Shown here one piece after another: positions 28,434 to 36,546 of a stretch of DNA of 64,000 nt. Made by a program: the position numbers and the translations under genes. Origin of the DNA: an uncultured delta proteobacterium. Lineage in GTDB: Bacteria > Desulfobacterota > Desulfobacteria > Desulfobacterales > B30-G6. The stretch is from the NCBI GenBank assembly GCA_963823335.1, contig CAWGLD010000001.1, positions 352,001 to 416,000 of the forward strand, in the 5' to 3' direction. The notes beneath the pieces were generated by a model. It was not told the DNA's origin. It made no database searches and saw only the letters and a program-made list of their open reading frames with translations. The stretch's first letter is position 1; each line of letters opens with the position of its first letter.

Positions 28434-28605
28434 GTCATTTGCTTCGCGTCATTAATAGTCATTTACTTCGTGTCATTTATTGCAGCTGTGAGCAATCAGC
28501 TAAGAGCTACAATAAATAACGCGCGAAGCGCTAATGACGTCCGCAGGACTAATGTCACGCGAAGCGTAAATGACGCCCGTAGGGCTCGTCCGAAGGACAA
28601 ATGAC
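28434..28605 (+). repeat. GNA mini-hairpin array element (copy B, two arms)
   Basis: GCGC-GAA-GCGC, GTCC-GCA-GGAC, ACGC-GAA-GCGT, GCCC-GTA-GGGC, GTCC-GAA-GGAC with WAATGAC-type linkers; inverted short left arm. Confidence 0.85.
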
Positions 28606-30366
28606 CCTGGGTACGTCAACAACCTTGGCTCGCAAATATTCTCCCAATGTTTTGGCCTGGGGGTCACTCCTCAGGGATGCGGCCACCCCGTCGCCCAGTA
28701 AGCCTTTGATGTAGAAATTCAAGGCCAGGAGATTGGGCAGTTCATAGCGCTCGATTTCAAAATCGGCCAGATCCGCGAGAAGTATTTTCAAGCGTTCCAC
28801 CGACAAAAATTCCCGTAAAAAGGCAAATGCGTCCGGTGTCTTTGCCCAGACACCCAGGTTGGCATTTCCGCCCTTGTCTCCGGAGCGGGTGGCAAACAAT
28901 TTTCCAAAAGGCACTGAAATGGTTTCTCCATCCGGAACCGATGGGATGGGTCTTGTCTGAGGCGGTCCGGCATCCAGGGTTTCTCCCGGGACAAGAGCTT
29001 TCACAACAACCTCCTGGCCATCGACAAAAACGTGCTGTTGGATATGTTCGTTGGACACCAGTGCCGGCCAGTGCATGATCGCCGGGACACCTTTGGTGGG
29101 GGGGGCTGTGGCCGTAAAACCGGGGATACTTGCCAGCGCCAGTTCCACCAGCTTCGAGGAAAACAAGGCCACTTTTTTGGGGTCCGGATCCATGACCGAA
29201 ATACGCAGATGTGCAAAAGCCTCTTCATTGGTTCGGGGATTTTTCTTTTCCGAGCGAACTAACTGCACATCCACCACTGAAAACAGTTTTTCCCCACCCA
29301 GACTGTCAAAGAGGGCTTCTGTCACGATCCGGGCCTTTTTCTCGATATCGAGTCCGGTCAGGACGATGGTCATGCTGTTACGATACCCCCCCAGGTTGTT
29401 GATACAGACCTTGGTGGTGCGGGTGGGGGGTTCCCCCTTGACGCCTTGAATACGAACCCGGTCAGCATCTTCCTGAAAAATATCGATGGTATCGAAACGG
29501 GCGATCACATCCGGTGTCAGATATCTGGGTTCCCGGACCTCATACAGCAGCTGAGCGGTTACCGTTCCAACCGAGACAAGCCCGCCGGTGGCAGGATGCT
29601 TGGTAATAACCGAGGACCCATCTTTTTCAAGCTCTGCAATAGGAAATCCCACATTTTTGAAAGAGGGTACTTCCTCAATAAAAGCGTAATTTCCTCCGGT
29701 TGCCTGAGCGCTGCACTCGATCACGTGACCGGCCACCGCCGCGCCCGCCAGCGCATCCCAGTCTGTCTTCTCCCATTTGAATTGCCAGGCTGCGGGTCCC
29801 ATGACCAGCGCTGCGTCGGCAATGCGCCCCCCCACAACGATGTCCGCGCCGTGATTCAGCGCCTCCACGATGCCCCAGCAACCCAGATACGCATTGGCTG
29901 AAATTGTCTGCGCCCTGGCATCTCTCAAGGCGATGCCCTTGTCCATGTGGGTAAAAGATTCTCCTTTGCCCTGAAGGTCCTGCAGTCTCTGCATCAGGTT
30001 GTCACCTTCGATATAGGCAATTTTGGGATGAAGACCCAGTGTGCTCGCGACCTTCTCGAGTTCCCTGGCAAGTGACCCCGGATTGAGACCCCCTGCATTG
30101 ACGACAACCCTGATACGCCTGTCGAGACACTCCCCCATGACAATTTCCATCTGCTTCAAAAATGTCGTGACAAAACCCGCCTGCGGGTCCTTGAATTGTT
30201 TGCGAAGCAGGATGGCCATGGTCAGCTCGGCTAAGTAATCACCGGTCAGAAAATGGATGGGACCACCCTGGACCATCTCCTGTGCTGCAGAAAACCTGTC
30301 ACCGAAAAACCCGCTGCAGTTGGCAATGATTAATTTTTCATTGTATAGCTTATATGTCTCATTCAT
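28555..30366 (-). CDS. atuA: Acyclic terpene utilization AtuA family protein
   Basis: IANCSGFFGDR, DYLAELTM, GHVIECS, RSGDKGG, DPQAKTLGE. Confidence 0.9.
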   Translation of the reverse strand: MNETYKLYNEKLIIANCSGFFGDRFSAAQEMVQGGPIHFLTGDYLAELTMAILLRKQFKDPQAGFVTTFLKQMEIVMGECLDRRIRVVVNAGGLNPGSLARELEKVASTLGLHPKIAYIEGDNLMQRLQDLQGKGESFTHMDKGIALRDARAQTISANAYLGCWGIVEALNHGADIVVGGRIADAALVMGPAAWQFKWEKTDWDALAGAAVAGHVIECSAQATGGNYAFIEEVPSFKNVGFPIAELEKDGSSVITKHPATGGLVSVGTVTAQLLYEVREPRYLTPDVIARFDTIDIFQEDADRVRIQGVKGEPPTRTTKVCINNLGGYRNSMTIVLTGLDIEKKARIVTEALFDSLGGEKLFSVVDVQLVRSEKKNPRTNEEAFAHLRISVMDPDPKKVALFSSKLVELALASIPGFTATAPPTKGVPAIMHWPALVSNEHIQQHVFVDGQEVVVKALVPGETLDAGPPQTRPIPSVPDGETISVPFGKLFATRSGDKGGNANLGVWAKTPDAFAFLREFLSVERLKILLADLADFEIERYELPNLLALNFYIKGLLGDGVAASLRSDPQAKTLGEYLRAKVVDVPRVICPSDEPYGRHLRFA

Positions 30367-30383
30367 GAATAGACTCCTTCACA

Positions 30384-30505
30384 GCCATTTAGCCTTCGGA
30401 CGGCATTTGCGCTACGCGCGATATTTACGCTGCGCGTGTCATTCGCCCTATGGGCGTCATTTGCACTGCGTGCGACATTAGCGCTTTGCGCGTAATTTAT
30501 TGTAG
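30384..30505 (-). repeat. GNA mini-hairpin array (copy C)
   Basis: Minus strand: CAATAAATTAC GCGC-AAA-GCGC, GCAC-GCA-GTGC, GCCC-ATA-GGGC, ACGC-GCA-GCGT, GCGC-GTA-GCGC, GTCC-GAA-GG; ends at the atuA RBS. Confidence 0.85.
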
Positions 30506-30528
30506 CCCATGGCTTATAGGTAGTTTTG

Positions 30529-30557
30529 AAGATCAAATCGTTACACGATTTGATCTT
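30529..30557 (-). terminator. 13-bp hairpin at the tetR stop
   Basis: AAGATCAAATCGT TAC ACGATTTGATCTT. Confidence 0.5.
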
Positions 30558-31206
30558 ATTTAATCAAATTCCGTATGCCCCCCACGATAAAATCGACGGC
30601 ATCATGCCCGAGTGTCGTCAAGTCCTTTGAGCGGTTCTGCCATATGAGATACTGATAGGCAATCCGTTCATACATGCCCATGATACTGACCGCCATGACC
30701 TCAGCTGAAAATTCACTTTGATAACGGACCCCGAGATTGTCGCTCACCTTGAGCAATGCCATTTGAACGTCTCCGATGAGTTTGTCGAAGATCTTTTTTC
30801 TGTGCATCTCCATCTGCTGGCTTTGACCCGCCGATTCCCGAAAAAAAATAGCCACTTTCTCGGGATACCTGGGGCAGAACTCCTCGAAAAAAATAATCCC
30901 GGCCTGTTTAAAGCCCTCGATGCTCCCATCCGCATTTTTGAACTCCCGACCCAGAAGGTCGCGAAGTTGATACCCTATTTTTTCGAGCATCTGTAGCATG
31001 AGGTCTTCCTTGTTTTTAAAATAAAAATACACCGTTCCCACAGAAACCTCGGCAAGATCGGCAATCTCTTCCATACCTGTTGTATGATATCCTTTGCGGG
31101 CAAAAAGATTCTCCGCCGCCGCCAGGATGGTCAGATAGCGCTGTTCCCTTTCACGTCGTCGCCTCAGTTCGCTGCGCGTTGGTGCCTTTTGTCCTGATTT
31201 TTCCAT
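30556..31206 (-). CDS. TetR/AcrR family regulator
   Basis: ILAAAENLFARKGY...EIADLAEVSVGTVYFYFKNKEDL HTH. Confidence 0.93.
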   Translation of the reverse strand: MEKSGQKAPTRSELRRRREREQRYLTILAAAENLFARKGYHTTGMEEIADLAEVSVGTVYFYFKNKEDLMLQMLEKIGYQLRDLLGREFKNADGSIEGFKQAGIIFFEEFCPRYPEKVAIFFRESAGQSQQMEMHRKKIFDKLIGDVQMALLKVSDNLGVRYQSEFSAEVMAVSIMGMYERIAYQYLIWQNRSKDLTTLGHDAVDFIVGGIRNLIK

Positions 31207-31241
31207 TAAAATCAAATTCTCCCTGCCAGGTAACTTTCAGG

Positions 31242-31451
31242 TGTCATTTGCGCTTCGCGCGTTATTACGCCTGCGGCTGTCATTTGTCCTGCGGACGACA
31301 TTAGCGCTTCGCGCGACATTTCGCCTTCGGCTGTCATTTATGGTCATTAGCCCTTCGGGCGTAATTTATTGCCGAGAATAGCTCGTAGCTTGGGGTTTAC
31401 CTAACACTTAAAACATAAAACCTAACACCTTGTTTTTCCCCTCCAACCCTC
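31242..31451 (-). repeat. GNA mini-hairpin array element (copy D)
   Basis: Core GTAAACCCCAAGCTACGAGC shared with copies A and E; six C-GNA-G hairpins. Confidence 0.85.
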
Positions 31452-32585
31452 CTAGTACCCCAAGGCCTCATCCCCGAGCTTGACCCTGGCGATTTCAGTG
31501 GAGGTTCCCGCTATCTGGGCATACTTGGCACACCTGTAGGCACATTCGGCCTTGTTTCCGGTCCGGTATCCGGTGCCGGAAAGCACCTGCAGGGCCATAC
31601 TGGCAACCTTTTCAGCGGACTCGGTGCAAAAAACCTTGGCACACAGCGTCAGACTGCCGCCTTGTGTCCGGCTTATATCGGAAGACCAGGCCGCCCGAAA
31701 AGCCAGAAGTCGGGAGGTCTGGTACAAGGTCAGCATTTCAGCCAGTTTGAAGGCCACCTCCTGGTAGGCAATAATTGGTTTTCCGCCTGTACGGTGTGTA
31801 TTGGCGAATGTTTTGGCCGATTCAAAAGCAGATTTCATCATCCCAAGACTTGCCCCTATGAGAATCTGGTTCTCCCACAGTCGGAGCGTTTCTAACACCT
31901 GGGCCTCCCCTGGTGGTAGAATAATTTTCCCGGGCAGCACGCTGCAGCGCTCCAGTCGAAGACCGGAAATGGCAACATTTTCATAACCAAGGGTGGCGAT
32001 AGGTTCGTGGACCTGAAGACCCTGGGAGCCCCTTTCCACCAGAAAAACGGCTAGCTGCTCCTGCATTTTACCGACCACGGCGATCCAGTTTGCAGCCGGA
32101 CCGTTTACCACGAAGTTTTTAACGCCCGAAACCTGGATGTTGTGGCCCTTTTCGACTCCCTCGGTTTCCAGAGGATCGTTGTGAACATTCATGGCGGCCT
32201 CGGACAGTGCCACGGCCCCCAGAATTTCGCCGGCTTCCAGCAATGGAAGTAGTTGTGTTTTCTGTTCCCGGGTGCCCCACACGCGAATGATTCTGCCGAA
32301 CATACGTGTGCTCATCTCCACCGCCAGATACAGGGACTGTGACGCAGCAGCCAGAACCTCCATACAGGCCATGAGGTTGAGGGATCCGCCCTGAGCGGCA
32401 GCTGAATTTTCCAACCCCAGGTTCAGATATCCATTACCGGCCAGAAGCCGCAGGCACTTGCGCACAACTTCCCCGTTAATACCGGAATCCCCCTCGCCCA
32501 GACTCTCCTGCGCAATAAACCCTGCCAAGGTGCTTTCAAGCTCGAGATGGAAATTCCGTTCTTCTTCACTAAAATCAAAATTCAT
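31452..32585 (-). CDS. Divergent acyl-CoA dehydrogenase family protein
   Basis: MNFDFSEEE, ALSE, GVKNFV, YQEVAFKLAEM; degenerate C-terminal motif IAGTSTEI. Confidence 0.85.
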   Translation of the reverse strand: MNFDFSEEERNFHLELESTLAGFIAQESLGEGDSGINGEVVRKCLRLLAGNGYLNLGLENSAAAQGGSLNLMACMEVLAAASQSLYLAVEMSTRMFGRIIRVWGTREQKTQLLPLLEAGEILGAVALSEAAMNVHNDPLETEGVEKGHNIQVSGVKNFVVNGPAANWIAVVGKMQEQLAVFLVERGSQGLQVHEPIATLGYENVAISGLRLERCSVLPGKIILPPGEAQVLETLRLWENQILIGASLGMMKSAFESAKTFANTHRTGGKPIIAYQEVAFKLAEMLTLYQTSRLLAFRAAWSSDISRTQGGSLTLCAKVFCTESAEKVASMALQVLSGTGYRTGNKAECAYRCAKYAQIAGTSTEIARVKLGDEALGY

Positions 32586-32694
32586 GCTGGTTCTCTTTTC
32601 CCCACCCTGAGGTTCGCCTTTACTGATTCCTGAAACAGCCTCATGATTATAGCGGCAACGCCGCGTCATAAAAGAAATCGTGTAGCGATTTCTT

Positions 32695-33837
32695 TTACAT
32701 CAACTTCGAAATAATTTTCTTCTGTATCTCTGATGTCCCGCCTCCGATAGGCGCCAATCGACTGTCCCTGAAAACGCGCTCCACGTCAAACTCGTGGGTA
32801 AACCCATATCCGCCATGCAGCACCACGGCATCATTGGTAGGGCCCAGGCTGTAGTCACCAATGTAGAGTTTCGCAACCGCCGCTTCAAGATGATTCAAGG
32901 GACGCCCCTGATCTTTGTACCAGGCCACCCTGTAAACAAGCGCCCTGGCGGCCTCTCCGAAAATTCTGATATCGGCCAGCTTGTGCTTGATTGCTTGAAA
33001 GTGACCGATAGGTCTGTTGAACTGCACGCGACCTCTGGCATATTGGGCGCATTTTTTCAGTAGATACGTTGCCGTTCCCACAAAGGGTGCCAGAAGTGCG
33101 CTACGATCCCACTCCACGGTCTGCATGGCCATGAGAAATCCATCACCCTCCTTTCCAAGAAGGTTCTCTGCTGGAATTTCACAGTCGACAAAAACCAGTT
33201 CGGAAGTTTGAGAAGAACGAACCCCCATCTTGACAAAAGGCCTGCCAGCCGTAAAACCGCAGGTCCCCTTATCGACGATAAAGGCCGAAATACCGGCGTG
33301 CTGGAGTTCCGGATCGGTTTTGGCGTAAACAACCGCTACATCAGCGATAGGGCCGTTGGTTATCCACATCTTGGTGCCATTGAGGATATACCGATCCCCT
33401 TTCTTGATGGCGGTGGTTGTCATGGACGCCACATCAGATCCTGCATCCGGTTCTGAAAGCGCCATACATCCGATGATTTCACCCCTGGCCAGTTTTGGAA
33501 GATAGTGGCGTTTCTGCTCTTCAGATGCGTGGCGCAGGATGTTGTCTGCACAGAGAAACGAATGCGCCCCGTACGAGAGCGTAAGACCGCCATCTACACC
33601 CGCTTCCCCCAGGGCTTCACCGGCAATCACCGTGGTTATTACATCTGCGCCTTCCCCACCATATTTCTCTGGAAAATGAAGCCCCAGGATACCGAATTCT
33701 CCCAGCTTACGAAAAGCGTCGAAATTGAAAGCCTCTTTCAGATCGTATTCCCGGACTTGGGGCACGATTTCTTTTTTGGCAAATTGAACGACCTCTTTCT
33801 TAAACATGAGCTGCTCTCTGCTCAATGCAAAATCCAT
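32695..33837 (-). CDS. Acyl-CoA dehydrogenase (isovaleryl-CoA DH-like)
   Basis: ALSEPDAGSD, NGTKMWITNGP, FQAIKHKLAD, IGGGTSEIQK. Confidence 0.92.
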   Translation of the reverse strand: MDFALSREQLMFKKEVVQFAKKEIVPQVREYDLKEAFNFDAFRKLGEFGILGLHFPEKYGGEGADVITTVIAGEALGEAGVDGGLTLSYGAHSFLCADNILRHASEEQKRHYLPKLARGEIIGCMALSEPDAGSDVASMTTTAIKKGDRYILNGTKMWITNGPIADVAVVYAKTDPELQHAGISAFIVDKGTCGFTAGRPFVKMGVRSSQTSELVFVDCEIPAENLLGKEGDGFLMAMQTVEWDRSALLAPFVGTATYLLKKCAQYARGRVQFNRPIGHFQAIKHKLADIRIFGEAARALVYRVAWYKDQGRPLNHLEAAVAKLYIGDYSLGPTNDAVVLHGGYGFTHEFDVERVFRDSRLAPIGGGTSEIQKKIISKLM

Positions 33838-33875
33838 GCTTCCCCCGAACGCATATCAATATACGATTATATTTT

Positions 33876-33903
33876 TGAATTTGATTCAAAATTCGAATCA
33901 AAT
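33876..33903. promoter_or_regulatory. Palindromic operator, probably for the TetR regulator
   Basis: TGAAT-TTG-ATTCA overlapping ATTTGATTC-N7-GAATCAAAT in the divergent ACAD/thiolase intergenic region. Confidence 0.5.
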
Positions 33904-34113
33904 ATAAATTATCCGCGATTGAAAAGTCAAGCACCAATAAATTCGTGCAACGAATTTATTGGACGCGGCGTTGTCGCTACTAGGATGACGGCACAACAAT
34001 CGAATTTGAAGCCTTTGTATTTGCTATCCAATTGAGAGTATGCTTAATATTTTCTTTATCCATGTCGTTACTTCTATAACATCTCAAAATAGCAATCCAG
34101 AAAGGACGTAATC

Positions 34114-35364
34114 ATGAAAGACGTTGTTATTGCATCGGCCTGCAGGACCGCCATCGGCGCCTTCGGCGGAACTTTGCGGGACACTATCGCCGCGGAAATT
34201 GCCAGGGTTACCATGCAGGAGGCCATAGACCGGGCCGGCATCGATCCTGCGACCATCGATGATGTTCGTTACGGCTGCTGTCTTGAGCCCGTGGACACAT
34301 TGAATGTCGCCAGAACAGCTGCCCTGCTGGCAGGCATACCCGACACCGTTCCGGCCGTAACCATCAACCGTGTGTGTATTTCGAGTATGGAAGCAACCAT
34401 CTCCGGAATGGCCATGATACAGGCTGGTATGGCTGATATCATTCTTTCCGGCGGAGTGGAGCACATGTCCGGAGTCCCCTATGTAGTGCCGGCCGCCCGT
34501 TGGGGATGCCGTCTTCAGGATCAGGTCTTCGTAGATGCCTTGATTCGGAGTCTTCATTGTGGCTCGCACGTGATACCCCATCCTGAAAACGGACCGGTGA
34601 ATGCAGAAGAACCCCCCTTAAGTTATTTCAAAGGTAAACCTTATATCATGGGTCATACAGCAGAGTTTGTGGCCCAGCAGTATGGCATCACCCGGGAAGA
34701 GATGGATGAAGTGGCACTCAGGAGCCATAACAACGTAGAGCGTGCAACCCGGGAGGGTTTGTTCAAGGAAGAAATCGTGCCCATGTCAATTCCCCAACGA
34801 AAAAAAGAACCCATCGTGTTTGATAAGGATGAACACTTCAGACCCGGAATGACCATGCAACAACTTCAAAAACTGCCACCTGCATTTATCCCCAAAACCG
34901 GCAAGGTTACAGCGGGAAACGCGAGCGGTATCAATGACGGGTCGGCCGGGATGGTGATCATGTCCGCTGAAAAAGCTGCCGTCCTCAATATAAAACCCCT
35001 GGCAAAAATCAAGGCTGTGGGAAAAGGAGGATGCCACCCCTCGGTAATGGGCATGTCGCCTGTTCCGGCTGTTCGGGACCTGATGACACGCAGTGGGTTG
35101 AAAATTGAGGATTTCGAACTCGTTGAGGTAAACGAAGCCTTTGCCGCCCAGTATATCGGTTGTGAAAGAGAGCTGGGACTGGACCGGGACAGAACCAATG
35201 TCAACGGATCGGGAATCGGTCTTGGACACCCGGTCGGTGCCACCGGCGCCCGTATCATCGTCTCCCTGATCTACGCCATGAAACAACACAGAAAAACACT
35301 GGGACTGGCCACCCTCTGCGGTGGCGGGGGTGTGTCCATGGCGTGTGCCATTGAGATGGTTTAA
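34114..35364 (+). CDS. Thiolase (acetyl-CoA C-acyltransferase)
   Basis: NRVC, NEAFA, GHPVGATG, LCGGGG. Confidence 0.95.
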   Translation: MKDVVIASACRTAIGAFGGTLRDTIAAEIARVTMQEAIDRAGIDPATIDDVRYGCCLEPVDTLNVARTAALLAGIPDTVPAVTINRVCISSMEATISGMAMIQAGMADIILSGGVEHMSGVPYVVPAARWGCRLQDQVFVDALIRSLHCGSHVIPHPENGPVNAEEPPLSYFKGKPYIMGHTAEFVAQQYGITREEMDEVALRSHNNVERATREGLFKEEIVPMSIPQRKKEPIVFDKDEHFRPGMTMQQLQKLPPAFIPKTGKVTAGNASGINDGSAGMVIMSAEKAAVLNIKPLAKIKAVGKGGCHPSVMGMSPVPAVRDLMTRSGLKIEDFELVEVNEAFAAQYIGCERELGLDRDRTNVNGSGIGLGHPVGATGARIIVSLIYAMKQHRKTLGLATLCGGGGVSMACAIEMV

Positions 35365-35368
35365 ACGG

Positions 35369-35408
35369 AGGGTCTGAGGGTTGGAGGGGGATACAAGGGT
35401 TGGAGGGT
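35369..35408 (+). repeat. G-rich 40-bp repeat (copy 1)
   Basis: 37/40 identical to 43401-43440. Confidence 0.7.
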
Positions 35409-35700
35409 TGCTGATAGCGATGAGCCGGTGCAGCATCTAAACTTTCCAGCATCATAGCATCTCAGGTATTAAAAGGATTGAAAAGTGAATATCGAATAAT
35501 GAACAAGGAACCGCAGAATAATAAAGGATACACTTCAACATTCGATATTTCTTGTTCGATATTCTCCGGTTCAAAAACATGTCTACTGGCATAAAAAAGT
35601 TTCAGGCTATCTACCGAATTCTGTGAGTAACTCAATAAACACAACGAACTCAAAAAACACTATAAACATGTTTGCAGGGTCCCGGGGTAATACAGGGGGT

Positions 35701-35851
35701 GGGGGGAAAAACAAAGTGTTACGTGTTAGGTAAACCCCAAGCTATTAGCTAATAGCGGCAATGAATTACGCCCGAAGGGCTAATGACCATCAATGACACG
35801 CAAAGCGCTAACGTCATATGCAGTGCAAATGTCGTGCGTAGCCTAAATGAA
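35701..35851 (+). repeat. GNA mini-hairpin array element (copy E, partly decayed)
   Basis: GTAAACCCCAAGCTA core, then GCCC-GAA-GGGC TAATGAC CAT CAATGAC... Confidence 0.75.
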
Positions 35852-36074
35852 TGAAAGGAACCAGCGGCCGTCAACCGTCAGGTTGTCCAACTTGACTTAT
35901 CATTATATCAAATGCGTATATTTTAATTGATTCATGGTTTTTTCCATCTTTTATTGACATTTTCATCAATCTGGGTCAATAGTTCACCCGTCGGGAATTG
36001 AAGACATCTCGCAACTCTGACAAACACCATAAGCGAAAACGTCGCGTTCTATAAAATCGTCAACCGATTTTATC

Positions 36075-36518
36075 ATGAAAATAGATACCACCACCATCGA
36101 TATTATCAAACATCTCCAGGACGGTCGTAAATCTCTGAAGAAAATCGCGGACAATCTATCTATTTCCGAGAATACCGTCAGATCGAGGGTCAACCAGCTG
36201 AAAAAAGAGGGTGTCCTGTCCATATCCGGTCTGGTGCGTCCGGAAGCGATCCCCGGCCATTATTCGGTGATGGTGGGTGTCAAGCTGTCAACCATGCATC
36301 TTGTTAAAAAAGGTAAAGAATTCAGTAAGCTGAAAGGCGTCGTTTCCGTAAGCGTCGTAACCGGACGTTTTGACTTGATCCTGATTGTATTGCTCAAAGA
36401 AGGCTATGGCCTGCTTGAATTTTATACCGAACAGGTTGCCCGGATCAACGACGTCCAGTCGGTTGAAACATTCGTGGTCTATAAAAGCTATGGTTTGAAG
36501 CTGCCCTATATTCTTTAG
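36075..36518 (+). CDS. Lrp/AsnC family regulator
   Basis: LQDGRKS...IA...SENTVRSRV HTH; VTGRFD. Confidence 0.92.
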   Translation: MKIDTTTIDIIKHLQDGRKSLKKIADNLSISENTVRSRVNQLKKEGVLSISGLVRPEAIPGHYSVMVGVKLSTMHLVKKGKEFSKLKGVVSVSVVTGRFDLILIVLLKEGYGLLEFYTEQVARINDVQSVETFVVYKSYGLKLPYIL

Positions 36519-36546
36519 GCAGCGATAAAGACAAAGGAGCCGACCC

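Noticed and set aside
27512-28519. Long antisense ORFs (also 2411-3064, 4902-5657, 13624-14436, 19415-20173, 38320-39183, 62102-62950, 62758-63627)
   Set aside because: They shadow well-supported genes on the opposite strand and have no recognisable motifs.
28510-28605. Mini-hairpin arrays as CRISPR arrays
   Set aside because: The period is only 18 nt, the variable parts are 11-nt self-complementary hairpins reused between loci, and no cas genes are present.
31242-31365. Arrays as RNA UUCG or GNRA tetraloop hairpins
   Set aside because: A tetraloop register breaks pairing in most units (for example GCGC-TTC-GCGC); only the 3-nt loop register pairs throughout.
35860-36546. Glycine riboswitch ahead of the gcv operon
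   Set aside because: No recognisable aptamer consensus, and lrp ends only 28 nt before gcvT.
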